DNA from: Candidatus Endomicrobiellum basalitermitum
Lineage (GTDB): Bacteria; Elusimicrobiota; Endomicrobiia; Endomicrobiales; Endomicrobiaceae
Reading direction: 5' to 3'
NCBI GenBank assembly: GCA_031282525.1
Contig: JAITDN010000001.1
Location: 37,977-101,976, forward strand
DNA: 64,000 bases
A model generated the notes under the pieces. It was not told where the DNA came from, ran no database searches, and saw only the letters and a list, made by a program, of their open reading frames with translations. Below, piece by piece: positions 30,340 to 40,090 of the stretch (position 1 is the stretch's first letter; every line of letters starts with the position of its first letter). The translations under genes were made by a program, and so were the position numbers.

Positions 30340-31051
30340 AACTGAAAATTTATATAAAAAATATAAGTATAGAATGGTTGTAGGCGGTGTGAGTATAAGT
30401 GTGAAACAAGGTGAAATAGTAGGTTTACTTGGTCCTAATGGTGCAGGGAAGTCCACAACTTTTTATATGGCTGTTGGCCTTATAAAACCTTATGATGGTA
30501 GTGTTTATATCGATGATATTGAAATAACTGCTTGGCCTATGTATAGGAGAGCTAGAATTGGGATAGGATATCTTTCACAGGAGCCATCGATATTCAGTAA
30601 ACTCACTGTTGAGGATAATCTTATTGCTATTGCTCAAATAATCATAGCCTCAAAAGCTCAGGGAAAAGAGAAAGTTGAACTTTTACTTGAGGATTTTGGT
30701 CTCACAAAACTGCGTAAGCAATTAAGCATCACATTATCCGGAGGAGAAAAAAGGCGACTCGAAATTGCTAGAGCTTTAATAGTGGATCCTAAGTTTTTAC
30801 TTTTAGATGAGCCGTTTGTCGGTATTGATCCTATAACAGTTGATGATATACAAAGAACTGTTAAAAAATTAAAAGCAAGAGGATTAGGTATTCTTATGAC
30901 GGATCATAACGTCAGAGAGACTCTTGAGATCATAGACAGGGCATATGTAATTCACGAGGGTAGGATTTTAATTGAAGGGGACGCAAAAGAGTTGCTTGAA
31001 AATTCAGAGGCTAAAAAAGTATATTTAGGTAATAATTTTAAAATGTATTGA
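30329..31051 (+). CDS. lptB: LPS export ABC ATPase
   Basis: GLLGPNGAGKST, LSGGEKRRLEIARAL, LLDEPFVGIDP, TDHNVRETL; probable GTG start at 30329. Confidence 0.95.
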   Translation: MILRTENLYKKYKYRMVVGGVSISVKQGEIVGLLGPNGAGKSTTFYMAVGLIKPYDGSVYIDDIEITAWPMYRRARIGIGYLSQEPSIFSKLTVEDNLIAIAQIIIASKAQGKEKVELLLEDFGLTKLRKQLSITLSGGEKRRLEIARALIVDPKFLLLDEPFVGIDPITVDDIQRTVKKLKARGLGILMTDHNVRETLEIIDRAYVIHEGRILIEGDAKELLENSEAKKVYLGNNFKMY

Positions 31052-31162
31052 ACGTAGTTACTTATTGTTATACAGATAAAAAAACTAGAAGTTTAAAGCA
31101 AGTTCTATGTATTTTGTGAATGAAAAATGCCAGTGTTTATTATGCGGTGAAGGAAGAGATAG

Positions 31163-31713
31163 GTGAGAATTGATATTACAGCTAGGCGTCTCAAATTGAC
31201 TGGTTCCATTGATTCTTATGTGCGAAAAAAAATTACAAAAGTTGGCAAGTTTTATGATACTGATGATATATGTGTACACGTTATTTTGTCAGTTGAAAAA
31301 ATTAGGCATATAACAGAAATAATTTTATACATAGGTAAACTTTCTTTAGTATCAAAAGGATATTCTTACGATTTATATTCTTCAATAGATCTAACTGTAG
31401 ATAAACTTGAAAAACAAATTAAAAAACAAAAGGAAGTTTCGAAAGTTCATAGAAAGAATAATTTAAAAGTTTCAAGAAATAAAAAGTATAACATTGAAGA
31501 AGTGTCTTCTTGTAATGATATAGAAAATTCAAGAGAGAAAATTTCAGAAATAAGACGTTTTGATTTAGAGTCAGAAACACTAGAAGAAGCAATTGACAAT
31601 ATGGATAATCTTGCTTATAAGGTTTATATGTTTAAAGATGGCATATATGTGATGGAGTGAATGTTATTTACCGCAATGAGGATGGGACAATAGTTCTTTT
31701 AAAGCCAAATTAA
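31163..31713 (+). CDS. hpf: long-form ribosome hibernation promoting factor, frameshifted near the 3' end
   Basis: MRIDITARRLKLT, DLYSSIDLTVDKLEKQIKK, TLEEAIDNM. The ORF stops at TGA 31658-31660 but the conserved tail VNVIYRNEDGTIVLLKPN* continues in another frame to 31713. Confidence 0.85.
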
Positions 31714-31738
31714 ATATAAAACACCAGAGGTGAGAGAA

Positions 31739-32197
31739 ATGAAGATTATGGATTTTTTGGATCAAGATTCGGTTATTGTTGATTTAAAAGCATCGGATAA
31801 AAAGTTAGCAATTGTTGAACTTGTAGACGTTTTAAAAAATAAGAAAAAAGTCAAAAAGACTGATGAAGTTATTGACGTTGTATTAGAAAGAGAGAAACTA
31901 GGTTCAACAGGAATTGGACAAGGAGTTGCAATACCACATGGAAAAACTGATGTTTTACAAGAACAGATAGGAGTTCTTGGGATTTCACGAAAAGGAATAG
32001 AATTCAATTCTCTTGATGGTGAGCCGGTTCATATAATCTTTCTTTTGGTGGGACCTGTTGAGGTGATGGGACAACATTTAAAAGCGTTGTCTAGAATTTC
32101 AAGACTTTTTAAGGATAAATTTCTAAGACAAGCCGTACGAAGTGCAACTACGGTAGAGGAAGTTGTAAAAATAATACAACAAGAGGATAATTATTAG
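31739..32197 (+). CDS. ptsN: PTS EIIA (Ntr/Fru type)
   Basis: REKLGSTGIGQGVAIPHG, FNSLDGEPV, HLKALSRISR. Confidence 0.9.
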   Translation: MKIMDFLDQDSVIVDLKASDKKLAIVELVDVLKNKKKVKKTDEVIDVVLEREKLGSTGIGQGVAIPHGKTDVLQEQIGVLGISRKGIEFNSLDGEPVHIIFLLVGPVEVMGQHLKALSRISRLFKDKFLRQAVRSATTVEEVVKIIQQEDNY

Positions 32198-32210
32198 TAT
32201 ATCTATTGAT

Positions 32211-33146
32211 GTGGGTACATTTATCAATGAAAAGAGTGAAGATTTTAAGCTTATGCTTTTAATGGGACATACTGGTCTTAAGAGAAAAATTGAAACTTCT
32301 GATGTTAACAGGCCAGGTCTTGCGTTCGCTGGTTTTTTTATACATTTTCCGTACGAGCGTATACAGATTATTGGAATGAGTGAGTATTTATATTTAGAAA
32401 ATATAGACTATGATAATCAGGTAAAAATATTGTACAAAATTTTCTCTCATAAAACTGCTGTGTGCTGTATTTTAACAAAAGGGCTCAAGCCCAATAATGC
32501 AATGGTAAGGGTATTTTCTGGTTTAGATGTTCCACTTTTGAAAACAGAATGGGGAACTTCTTCGTTTATTGGTGATTTAATTTATTATTTAGATTGGAAG
32601 CTTGCTCCATCAACTAAAATACATGGGGTTATGACGAGTATTTATGGTTTGGGTGTTTTGATTTTAGGTAAGTCTGCAATAGGTAAATCTGAATGTGCTC
32701 TTGAGCTTTTAAAGAGAGGACACAAACTTGTCGCTGATGATATTGTAGTCGTAAAGAAGCATTCTGAATGTGCTTTGAGTGGGAGTGGTTTGGAAATTAC
32801 AAAACATCTTATAGAAGTGAGAGGTATAGGAATAATAAACGTTAAAGATATTTTTGGCGTAGGAAGCATTTTAAATGAGACTTATATAGAGCTTGTTGTT
32901 AAACTCGAAGTATGGGAATTGGAAAAAGAGTATGAAAGATTGGGAGTTAATGAGTATTATTCTGAATTTTTAGGTGTAAAAATCCCTGAAATTACAATTC
33001 CTGTTGGACCTGGAAGAAATCTTGCTGTGCTTGTTGAAACGGCGAGCTTAAATCAAAGGCTTAAAAGTAAGGGATGTTTTACGGCAAAAGATCTAGATTG
33101 TAAATTAAAAAAAGAAATTAATAGAGAAGAATATAATAAAAACTAA
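32211..33146 (+). CDS. hprK: HPr kinase/phosphorylase
   Basis: NRPGLAFAG, GKSAIGKSECALEL, LVADD, IEVRGIGII, PVGPGRNLA. Confidence 0.95.
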   Translation: MGTFINEKSEDFKLMLLMGHTGLKRKIETSDVNRPGLAFAGFFIHFPYERIQIIGMSEYLYLENIDYDNQVKILYKIFSHKTAVCCILTKGLKPNNAMVRVFSGLDVPLLKTEWGTSSFIGDLIYYLDWKLAPSTKIHGVMTSIYGLGVLILGKSAIGKSECALELLKRGHKLVADDIVVVKKHSECALSGSGLEITKHLIEVRGIGIINVKDIFGVGSILNETYIELVVKLEVWELEKEYERLGVNEYYSEFLGVKIPEITIPVGPGRNLAVLVETASLNQRLKSKGCFTAKDLDCKLKKEINREEYNKN

Positions 33147-33361
33147 AGATAGCAAATGCCATAACAAGGTGTATGTAATAGTTATGTACGCTTGTTTTTA
33201 GCCTCTACGAGTTAAAGGAGTAGTAGTCTATTAATATATGATCTGTGTTTTAATCATTTTTTGTTGTCTTTCATTAAAAAGTTTTAAATAAAAAAATAGT
33301 GCCAATGCAATACGTGTGTTGTAAATACGTAGTAGCAAAATAACATATCTTTGGAAGAATA

Positions 33362-34222
33362 ATGGTGAAGTTATATATAATTTCAGGAATGTCGGGTTCA
33401 GGTAAAAGTCAAGCTCTCAAAATTTTTGAAGATTTTGGCTTTTTTTGTGTTGATAATATGCCTCTCCAAGTAGTTCTAGATTTTATAGATATATGTCTTA
33501 AAAATCCTAATAGTAAATATGAAAATACAGCAATAAGTATAGATTCACGTGCAGGAGAATCTCTCGCTTGCTTTGAAGATTTGCTTATTGCTTTAAGAGA
33601 GAAAAATATAAAATGTAAGATTATTTTTTTCAATGCTTCTGATTCAGTCTTGATAAGACGTTATTCTGAAACTCGCCATTGTCATCCTTTAGGGGAATCG
33701 TTACTTGAAGGGATAATGCTTGAGAGAAAAATTATAGATGGTATTTTTAAATTTGCAGATGAGATAGTAGACACTACAAATATTAATGTGATTGAACTTA
33801 AGGAATTAATTTCTGTACTTATAGGCGTCTGTCAATGTAGAGAGCAATATTTGAATGTTTCTATTCTTTCCTTCGGGTATAAATACGGTATACCGAACGA
33901 TGCTGATATAGTTTATGACGTGCGTTTTTTAGCAAATCCAAATTATGTACGTGAGTTAAAATTTAAAACTGGGAAGGATGAGACTGTTAGGGATTATATA
34001 GAAAAACAAGAAGAATTCAAGATTTTTTTTAATATATTTTCAAAGCTTATAGATACTACTTTACCATCATATGTTAAAGAAGGTAAAAGTCATCTAACTA
34101 TAGCAATAGGGTGTACGGGTGGGAAACATAGATCAGTTTTTACAGCTATAAAGCTTGAAAAATTTTTAAAGAATAAAAAATATAAAGTGAAACTTAAGCA
34201 CAGAGATATTTTTATATCGTAA
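33362..34222 (+). CDS. rapZ: RNase adapter RapZ/YvcJ
   Basis: SGMSGSGKS, CVDNMP, RRYSETRHCHPL, SFGYKYG, DVRFLANP, GCTGGKHRSV. Confidence 0.93.
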   Translation: MVKLYIISGMSGSGKSQALKIFEDFGFFCVDNMPLQVVLDFIDICLKNPNSKYENTAISIDSRAGESLACFEDLLIALREKNIKCKIIFFNASDSVLIRRYSETRHCHPLGESLLEGIMLERKIIDGIFKFADEIVDTTNINVIELKELISVLIGVCQCREQYLNVSILSFGYKYGIPNDADIVYDVRFLANPNYVRELKFKTGKDETVRDYIEKQEEFKIFFNIFSKLIDTTLPSYVKEGKSHLTIAIGCTGGKHRSVFTAIKLEKFLKNKKYKVKLKHRDIFIS

Positions 34223-34275
34223 TGTCTAAATAAAAAATTAATTGAGTATCAATTTTTTTCAATACAGGTTAATAT

Positions 34276-35220
34276 ATGATGAATAATTTGAAGATTGTTG
34301 CTCTTGGTGGTGGAAGTGGATTATCAACTCTTTTAAGAGGTCTTAAAAAATATAACAAATCTATTACTGCTGTAGTGAATGTGGCAGATGATGGGGGGAG
34401 TTCTGGTAAACTAAGGACTGAATTTGGAGTTTTACCACCGGGAGATATAAGGAACTGTTTAGTTGCTCTTTCTGAAGAGGAAAGTTTGATGTCAAGACTT
34501 TTCCAGTATAGATTTCCAGCTAGAGGAACTTTGTCCGGGCATTCTTTTGGGAATCTCTTTTTGACGGCTATGTCTTCAATTTTAGGTAACTTTGATAGTG
34601 CTATAGCTAATTGCGGTGAGGTTCTTGCCATAAGAGGAAGAGTTCTACCCGTTACTCTTTCTTCAATTGTGCTTGAGGCTGAGCTTAAAAGTGGAAAAAA
34701 GGTAAAAGGCGAAAGCAAAATTTCAGAAGTAGAAGAAAAAATTAAATGTATAGGTTTAAGTCCTATGAGTCCACCTGCTACTCCTGATGTAATTGATGTT
34801 TTAAAAAATGCAGATATAATAATTCTAGGTCCTGGATCTCTATATACTTCAATAATAGTTAATTTGCTAGTTGATGGAGTTGTTGATGCGATAAAGATAT
34901 CAAAAGCTTACAAAATATACGTTTGCAATATTATGACACAGCCTGGTGAAACAAAAAACTATAAACTTTCAGATCATGTAACAGCGATAGAAGAACATTC
35001 TTATGATGGAATATTTGATTGTGTGGTAGCGAATAAAGGTACAATTACAGAAAATCTTATGAAAAGATATGAGAAATATGGGGCTTGTCAAGTTGAAAAT
35101 GATAAGATATGTACTAAAATTGTAGAAGGAAGTTTGTTTTCTAACGAAATTTATGCAAGACATGATCCTGATAAACTTGCAAAAGTTTTGGTTGAAATAA
35201 TAACGTCAGTATTAAAATGA
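34276..35220 (+). CDS. yvcK: YvcK/GlmR (CofD-like) family protein
   Basis: GGGSGL, DDGGSSGKLR, PPGDIRNCL, GHSFGNL, GPGSLYTS, RHDPDKLA. Confidence 0.92.
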   Translation: MMNNLKIVALGGGSGLSTLLRGLKKYNKSITAVVNVADDGGSSGKLRTEFGVLPPGDIRNCLVALSEEESLMSRLFQYRFPARGTLSGHSFGNLFLTAMSSILGNFDSAIANCGEVLAIRGRVLPVTLSSIVLEAELKSGKKVKGESKISEVEEKIKCIGLSPMSPPATPDVIDVLKNADIIILGPGSLYTSIIVNLLVDGVVDAIKISKAYKIYVCNIMTQPGETKNYKLSDHVTAIEEHSYDGIFDCVVANKGTITENLMKRYEKYGACQVENDKICTKIVEGSLFSNEIYARHDPDKLAKVLVEIITSVLK

Positions 35221-35266
35221 GGGAAGTGAGAGGAAAGCTTTTTTTTCATCTGGGAGATTCTGAAAT

Positions 35267-35689
35267 ATGGTCAAAATTATTATTGTTACTCATGGAGAGT
35301 TAGCGCAGGAGTTAGTAAATTCTGTAGAAGCTATTGTTGGGAAACAGCCTAATTTGTATGTTGTTAAAATAGAGATTGGTGATAGTTTGGTACAGATGAG
35401 GGAAAGAGTCAATGGTCTCTTGGAAGATATAAATGATGATGACGGAAGTCTTATACTTACTGATATGATTGGCGGAACACCTTGTAATGCTTCGGCTCCT
35501 ATGTGTATGTCATTTAATGCAGAGATCCTTTCCGGCGTTAATCTTCCAATGATATTATCTGCAATATTTTCAAGTAAAAAAGATATAACTATTTCAGATT
35601 TGGCAGAAAAAGTTCTACTTGACGGACAGAAAAGCATGATAAATGTAAAAAAAAAATTATTTGATGAGATGAATGAAAGGCATAACTAA
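35267..35689 (+). CDS. PTS mannose-family EIIA
   Basis: IIIVTHG (phospho-His), LTDMIGGTPCN, GVNLPM. Confidence 0.9.
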   Translation: MVKIIIVTHGELAQELVNSVEAIVGKQPNLYVVKIEIGDSLVQMRERVNGLLEDINDDDGSLILTDMIGGTPCNASAPMCMSFNAEILSGVNLPMILSAIFSSKKDITISDLAEKVLLDGQKSMINVKKKLFDEMNERHN

Positions 35690-35783
35690 GTGTATTTCTT
35701 GATTTTTAAAATTACCGATATTATTTATTTGTTGGTTAATATTATGATAAATATATTAATTTCTGATTAATAAGAATAAAAAA

Positions 35784-36284
35784 ATGCCTATAGTTTTAGT
35801 AAGAATAGATGACAGATTAATACATGGACAAGTAGTACAGGGATGGTTAAAAGCGATAAATGTTGATGTCGTATTGATTGCTTCGGATACGGTAGCTCAA
35901 GATGAGACTCAGCAGATACTTATGGCTATGACTATGCCTAGTGATGTGAAACTTGTGGTGGAGAATCTTAAAGATGCAACGAGCAAAGTTGTGCGTGGGG
36001 AATATGCTAGGGAAAAAATGATGATTTTGACGACAAGTCCGTCAGATGTACTATATATGTTAGATAACGGTACCGATTTTAAATCTGTAAATGTTGGAGG
36101 AATGCATTTTAAAAATGGGAAAAAACAGCTTTTGTACAATCTTTATGCAGATGTCGTTGATTTAGAAAATTTATATAAGATATGTAGAAAAGGTGTTGAA
36201 ATAGAAGGACGCATTTTCCCCAAGGATGAGAAAGTAAATATTATGCATTTAATAGAAAAAGAGTATTTGGTGATTCGTAGGTAA
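35784..36284 (+). CDS. PTS mannose-family EIIB
   Basis: RIDDRLIHGQVVQGW, VNVGGMH. Confidence 0.92.
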   Translation: MPIVLVRIDDRLIHGQVVQGWLKAINVDVVLIASDTVAQDETQQILMAMTMPSDVKLVVENLKDATSKVVRGEYAREKMMILTTSPSDVLYMLDNGTDFKSVNVGGMHFKNGKKQLLYNLYADVVDLENLYKICRKGVEIEGRIFPKDEKVNIMHLIEKEYLVIRR

Positions 36285-36504
36285 TAGAATAAGTAAAGTT
36301 TATTTTGTTTTACATATATTTAACGGTTAATGATCTATTATAGAGTTTGAGTAGTATTTAGAAAATCTTATCAAGTAAAATGAAAATAATTCATAAAAAA
36401 ATTCACTTTGTTATTTAATTGTAAATAATTTGACTTTATTAGGTTAAAAAAAGTGTACTTCTTTGTTTATTCTATAAATAGTTTATAATGTGTGAGAAGA
36501 TACT

Positions 36505-37152
36505 ATGACATCATTTATAAGTGGAAATACTATTTTCCTTGCATTTATTTCAACTTTATGTAGTGCAGACGTAATCACTATGGGACAGTTTATGATTTAC
36601 CGTCCCATATTTTGCGCTCCTCTTTTAGGTTTTTTTATGGGTGATGTAAGTATAGGACTTTGGATAGGCATGATAGTTGAGATGATTTGGATAAATGCAG
36701 CACCTATAGGTATCGCTGTACCTATTGATGTTTCCATACTGGGTATTTTGTCTACGTTTTGGATGTGTAAGTATTTCAAGGGTTTACATGAAGCTGCAAT
36801 CTGGGGTTTAGTTTTGGCTGTGCCATTTGCTTATTTGTACAGATTAGTGGATATCTTTGGAAGAGATTTCAACACTAAACTGATGCATTGGATTGAGAGA
36901 AGAGTGCAAAATGGAGAATATAGGTATATAAATATTGGTATATTTGTTGGAGTATTCTTTTTTATAGTAAAAACATTTTTGTTTTACGTATTTTCAATGA
37001 TTGTTGGTGGATGGATATATAGGTTTATATATCTAGAGCTTCCAACTTTTGTTCTTAAAGGTTTTCAGAAGGCTTGGTATTTGTTACCAGTATGTGGTTT
37101 TGGTATGGTTATGTTTAATTTCAGAAAAATAAAAAGACTTTTTAAACATTAA
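36505..37152 (+). CDS. PTS mannose-family EIIC
   Basis: GQFMIYRPIFCAPLLGFFMGD...GLWIGMIVEMIW; hydrophobic; between EIIB and EIID. Confidence 0.85.
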   Translation: MTSFISGNTIFLAFISTLCSADVITMGQFMIYRPIFCAPLLGFFMGDVSIGLWIGMIVEMIWINAAPIGIAVPIDVSILGILSTFWMCKYFKGLHEAAIWGLVLAVPFAYLYRLVDIFGRDFNTKLMHWIERRVQNGEYRYINIGIFVGVFFFIVKTFLFYVFSMIVGGWIYRFIYLELPTFVLKGFQKAWYLLPVCGFGMVMFNFRKIKRLFKH

Positions 37153-37197
37153 ATATATATTTTGGTAATGCCTGGTGTTAATGATGTGAATAATAAT

Positions 37198-38007
37198 ATG
37201 GGTTTTAAGATGATAAAAATATACTTTAGTATGTTTATAAAGACTTTTTTTATACAAGCTTTATGGAATTACGAAAGACTGCAAAATGTTGGTTTTTTAT
37301 TCATATTAAAGCCTTTTTTATGCAAGGTTTATTCAGATGATGACAAAAGAAAAGAGGCTTTTTTAAGACATATGGGATTTTTTAACACGCATCCCTATAT
37401 GGCCAGTTTAATAATTGCGATTGTTGCAAATATGGAAAAAGAATTATCCAAATGCAAACGTGGCGGAAAAAAATCTGATGTAAACTCGGTTAAAAATATA
37501 ATGGAGGGGCCATTAGCTGCGATAGGGGATTCGTTTTTTGGAGGGACATTAAGATATTTGGTAGCCTTTGTAAGTATATTTATACTTTTCCTTTTTGTGA
37601 ATCTGTTTGGTAATAAATTTATAGCGTATAATTTTTGGATTCCTTTAGTATTTATTTTTTTTTACAATGTTGTTCATATTCCCGTGAGGTTTTTGCTTAT
37701 GTTTATGGGTTTCAAGTTTAATATGGAAAAGAATATTTTTTTATTGTCAAGTTTTAAATTTATGTTTTTGGGGAAAATATTGTATTGCAGTGAAGTCATA
37801 GTTGTGATAGGGGCATTGATTTTGTATTTTAAATTTTTGTTTTTTGGCTCTCTAAATACTAGACTTTTTGGAAATGACGTTTGTGATATTCTTATATATA
37901 GTGTTTTATTTGTGCTCTCAATTTTTGTTTCTTGGAAATTTAGTGCAGTTTTTTTATTTTACAGCACGATATTTGTATGTGTTGGTATTTCCTGCTTAGG
38001 AATATAA
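37198..38007 (+). CDS. PTS mannose-family EIID
   Basis: QALWNYERLQNVGF, FFNTHP, GPLAAIGDSFF; exact start uncertain (37162-37210). Confidence 0.9.
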   Translation: MGFKMIKIYFSMFIKTFFIQALWNYERLQNVGFLFILKPFLCKVYSDDDKRKEAFLRHMGFFNTHPYMASLIIAIVANMEKELSKCKRGGKKSDVNSVKNIMEGPLAAIGDSFFGGTLRYLVAFVSIFILFLFVNLFGNKFIAYNFWIPLVFIFFYNVVHIPVRFLLMFMGFKFNMEKNIFLLSSFKFMFLGKILYCSEVIVVIGALILYFKFLFFGSLNTRLFGNDVCDILIYSVLFVLSIFVSWKFSAVFLFYSTIFVCVGISCLGI

Positions 38008-38010
38008 ACG

Positions 38011-38271
38011 ATGAAGGAAAAAATTATTATTGTTTCAAATAAAATGGGTTTACATGCAAGACCAGCAGCGATGCTTGTGCAGACTACAGCTAAATATAAT
38101 TCTATGGTTAAAATTTTAAAAGATGATTTTGAAGTTGATGCAAAAAGTATTATGGGTGTTATGGCTTTAGCTGCTGGACACGGAAGTACATTGAAATTTG
38201 TTGCTGATGGTCCAGATGAAAGTAAAGTTTTAATTGCGATTGAAGATTTATTTGAATCTATGGTAGATTAA
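38011..38271 (+). CDS. ptsH: phosphocarrier protein HPr
   Basis: GLHARPAA (His15) and VDAKSIMGV (regulatory Ser46). Confidence 0.96.
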   Translation: MKEKIIIVSNKMGLHARPAAMLVQTTAKYNSMVKILKDDFEVDAKSIMGVMALAAGHGSTLKFVADGPDESKVLIAIEDLFESMVD

Positions 38272-38313
38272 GTTTATCTGTGTCGTGAATTTAATTGACG
38301 TATAGGAGAAAAA

Positions 38314-40056
38314 ATGCTTGCTAAAAGAGATATTATTCTTAAAGGCGTTGCAGCATCGTCAGGAATTGCTATTGGCAAAGTTTTTTTTCTTGAAGAAGAT
38401 GATTTTTGTGTCATTCGCAAGGACTTACCTACCAGGGACGCTAGAGAGATTGAAAAAAAACGCTTAAATAGTGCTATTGAAAAAACCAGAGCTGAGCTTA
38501 GGGTAGTTTATACTAAGATTGATGAGGTTCTTGGTAAAAATTATGCACGAATAGCTGATGTCCATCTTTTAATTTTGGACGATCCGACTATGAAGAAAGA
38601 TGTTTATGAGCTTATAGATAGTGGTGTTAATGCGGAATATGCTGTTTTTAAAGTTATAGATAAGATTGTTTGTTCTTTTGAATTTATAGAGGATGATTAT
38701 TTTAGGGAAAGAAAAATTGATATTCAAGATATTGGAAAAAAAATTATTGGGAATCTTTTTGATAAGCAAAGAAAAACTCTCGCAAGCTTGGAGGAGAATT
38801 CAATAGTAGTTTCTCATAATCTAACTCCTGCTGATACTATGACGATAAGAGAAAAACTAGTAAAAGGTTTTGCTACAGATATTGGCGGAAAAACTTCTCA
38901 TACGATAATTGTTGCCCAGGGACTTTCCATACCAGCCGTTGTAGGTTTAAAGGCGATATCTTCACAGGCAAAAACTGGTGATGTCATTATTGTTGATGGT
39001 AATAGATGTGAGGTTATATTAAGTCCGACTCCTGAGACCATAGCTAAATATAGGAAAGAATATACTTTACAATTTGCAAAGAGAAAAGAGCTTGAAAAGT
39101 TAAAAAATTTATCAGCCGAGACAACAGATAGTCATAAAGTTTTGATTTTTGCAAATATTGATAATCCTGATGAGATACAGTCAGTTTTAAGCAATGGGGC
39201 AATGGGGGTGGGTCTTTATAGGACAGAATTTATATACTTCAACCGCGATAGTATGCCAACTGAGAAAGACCATTTTGAAAATTATTCTAAAGTTGCAAAG
39301 ATTATGTCTCCTTATCCAACTGTTATAAGAACGTTTGATTTGGGAGGTGATAAACTCACAAAACTGGGTCTTTTAAACGTAGAGCATGAAAAGAATCCAT
39401 TCCTAGGCTTAAGAGCTATAAGACTTTCTCTTAAATATCCAGAAATTTTCATTGACCAATTAAGAGGTGTTTTAAGAGCGTCAGCTTATGGAAAAATTAG
39501 ACTTATGTATCCGATGATATCTGAAATTGAGGAATTATATGAGGCTAATAAGGTTCTCAATAAAGTAAAACAAGATTTAAGAAGAGAAAATATAGAATTT
39601 GATGAACAAATGGAAGTTGGTGTTATGATAGAAGTGCCGTCTGCTGCTATGATAATTGATATTATTTCTAAAGAAGTTGATTTTGTTTCAATAGGGACTA
39701 ACGATTTGATACAGTATACACTTGCTGTTGACAGAGTAAATGAAAATGTTGCAGGTCTTTATGATCCACTACATCCCGCAATTTTAAGATTTATTAAAAG
39801 AATTATAGATGAAAGCCATAGAACTGGAATAAGTGTAAGTATATGTGGAGAAATGGCAGGCGATCCACATTATGTGCCTGTTCTTTTGGGTTTTGGTCTC
39901 GATCAGTTTAGTGTATCATCTGCGCAAATTCCAGAGATTAAAAGGATAATAAGAAGTATTTCTTTTGAAGATGCAAAGAAAATCTCAGAAGAAGTTTTAA
40001 GATGTGGTAGTAAGGATGCGATATTGAAAATCATGAACACTATTTATACGCAATAA
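38314..40056 (+). CDS. ptsI: PTS enzyme I
   Basis: GGKTSHT, GVGLYRTEF, RTFDLGGDK, NPFLGLRAIR, SIGTNDLIQY, CGEMAGD. Confidence 0.97.
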   Translation: MLAKRDIILKGVAASSGIAIGKVFFLEEDDFCVIRKDLPTRDAREIEKKRLNSAIEKTRAELRVVYTKIDEVLGKNYARIADVHLLILDDPTMKKDVYELIDSGVNAEYAVFKVIDKIVCSFEFIEDDYFRERKIDIQDIGKKIIGNLFDKQRKTLASLEENSIVVSHNLTPADTMTIREKLVKGFATDIGGKTSHTIIVAQGLSIPAVVGLKAISSQAKTGDVIIVDGNRCEVILSPTPETIAKYRKEYTLQFAKRKELEKLKNLSAETTDSHKVLIFANIDNPDEIQSVLSNGAMGVGLYRTEFIYFNRDSMPTEKDHFENYSKVAKIMSPYPTVIRTFDLGGDKLTKLGLLNVEHEKNPFLGLRAIRLSLKYPEIFIDQLRGVLRASAYGKIRLMYPMISEIEELYEANKVLNKVKQDLRRENIEFDEQMEVGVMIEVPSAAMIIDIISKEVDFVSIGTNDLIQYTLAVDRVNENVAGLYDPLHPAILRFIKRIIDESHRTGISVSICGEMAGDPHYVPVLLGFGLDQFSVSSAQIPEIKRIIRSISFEDAKKISEEVLRCGSKDAILKIMNTIYTQ

Positions 40057-40090
40057 ACACCAATGTTTGTATTTATAGGAGTGCTTAATA

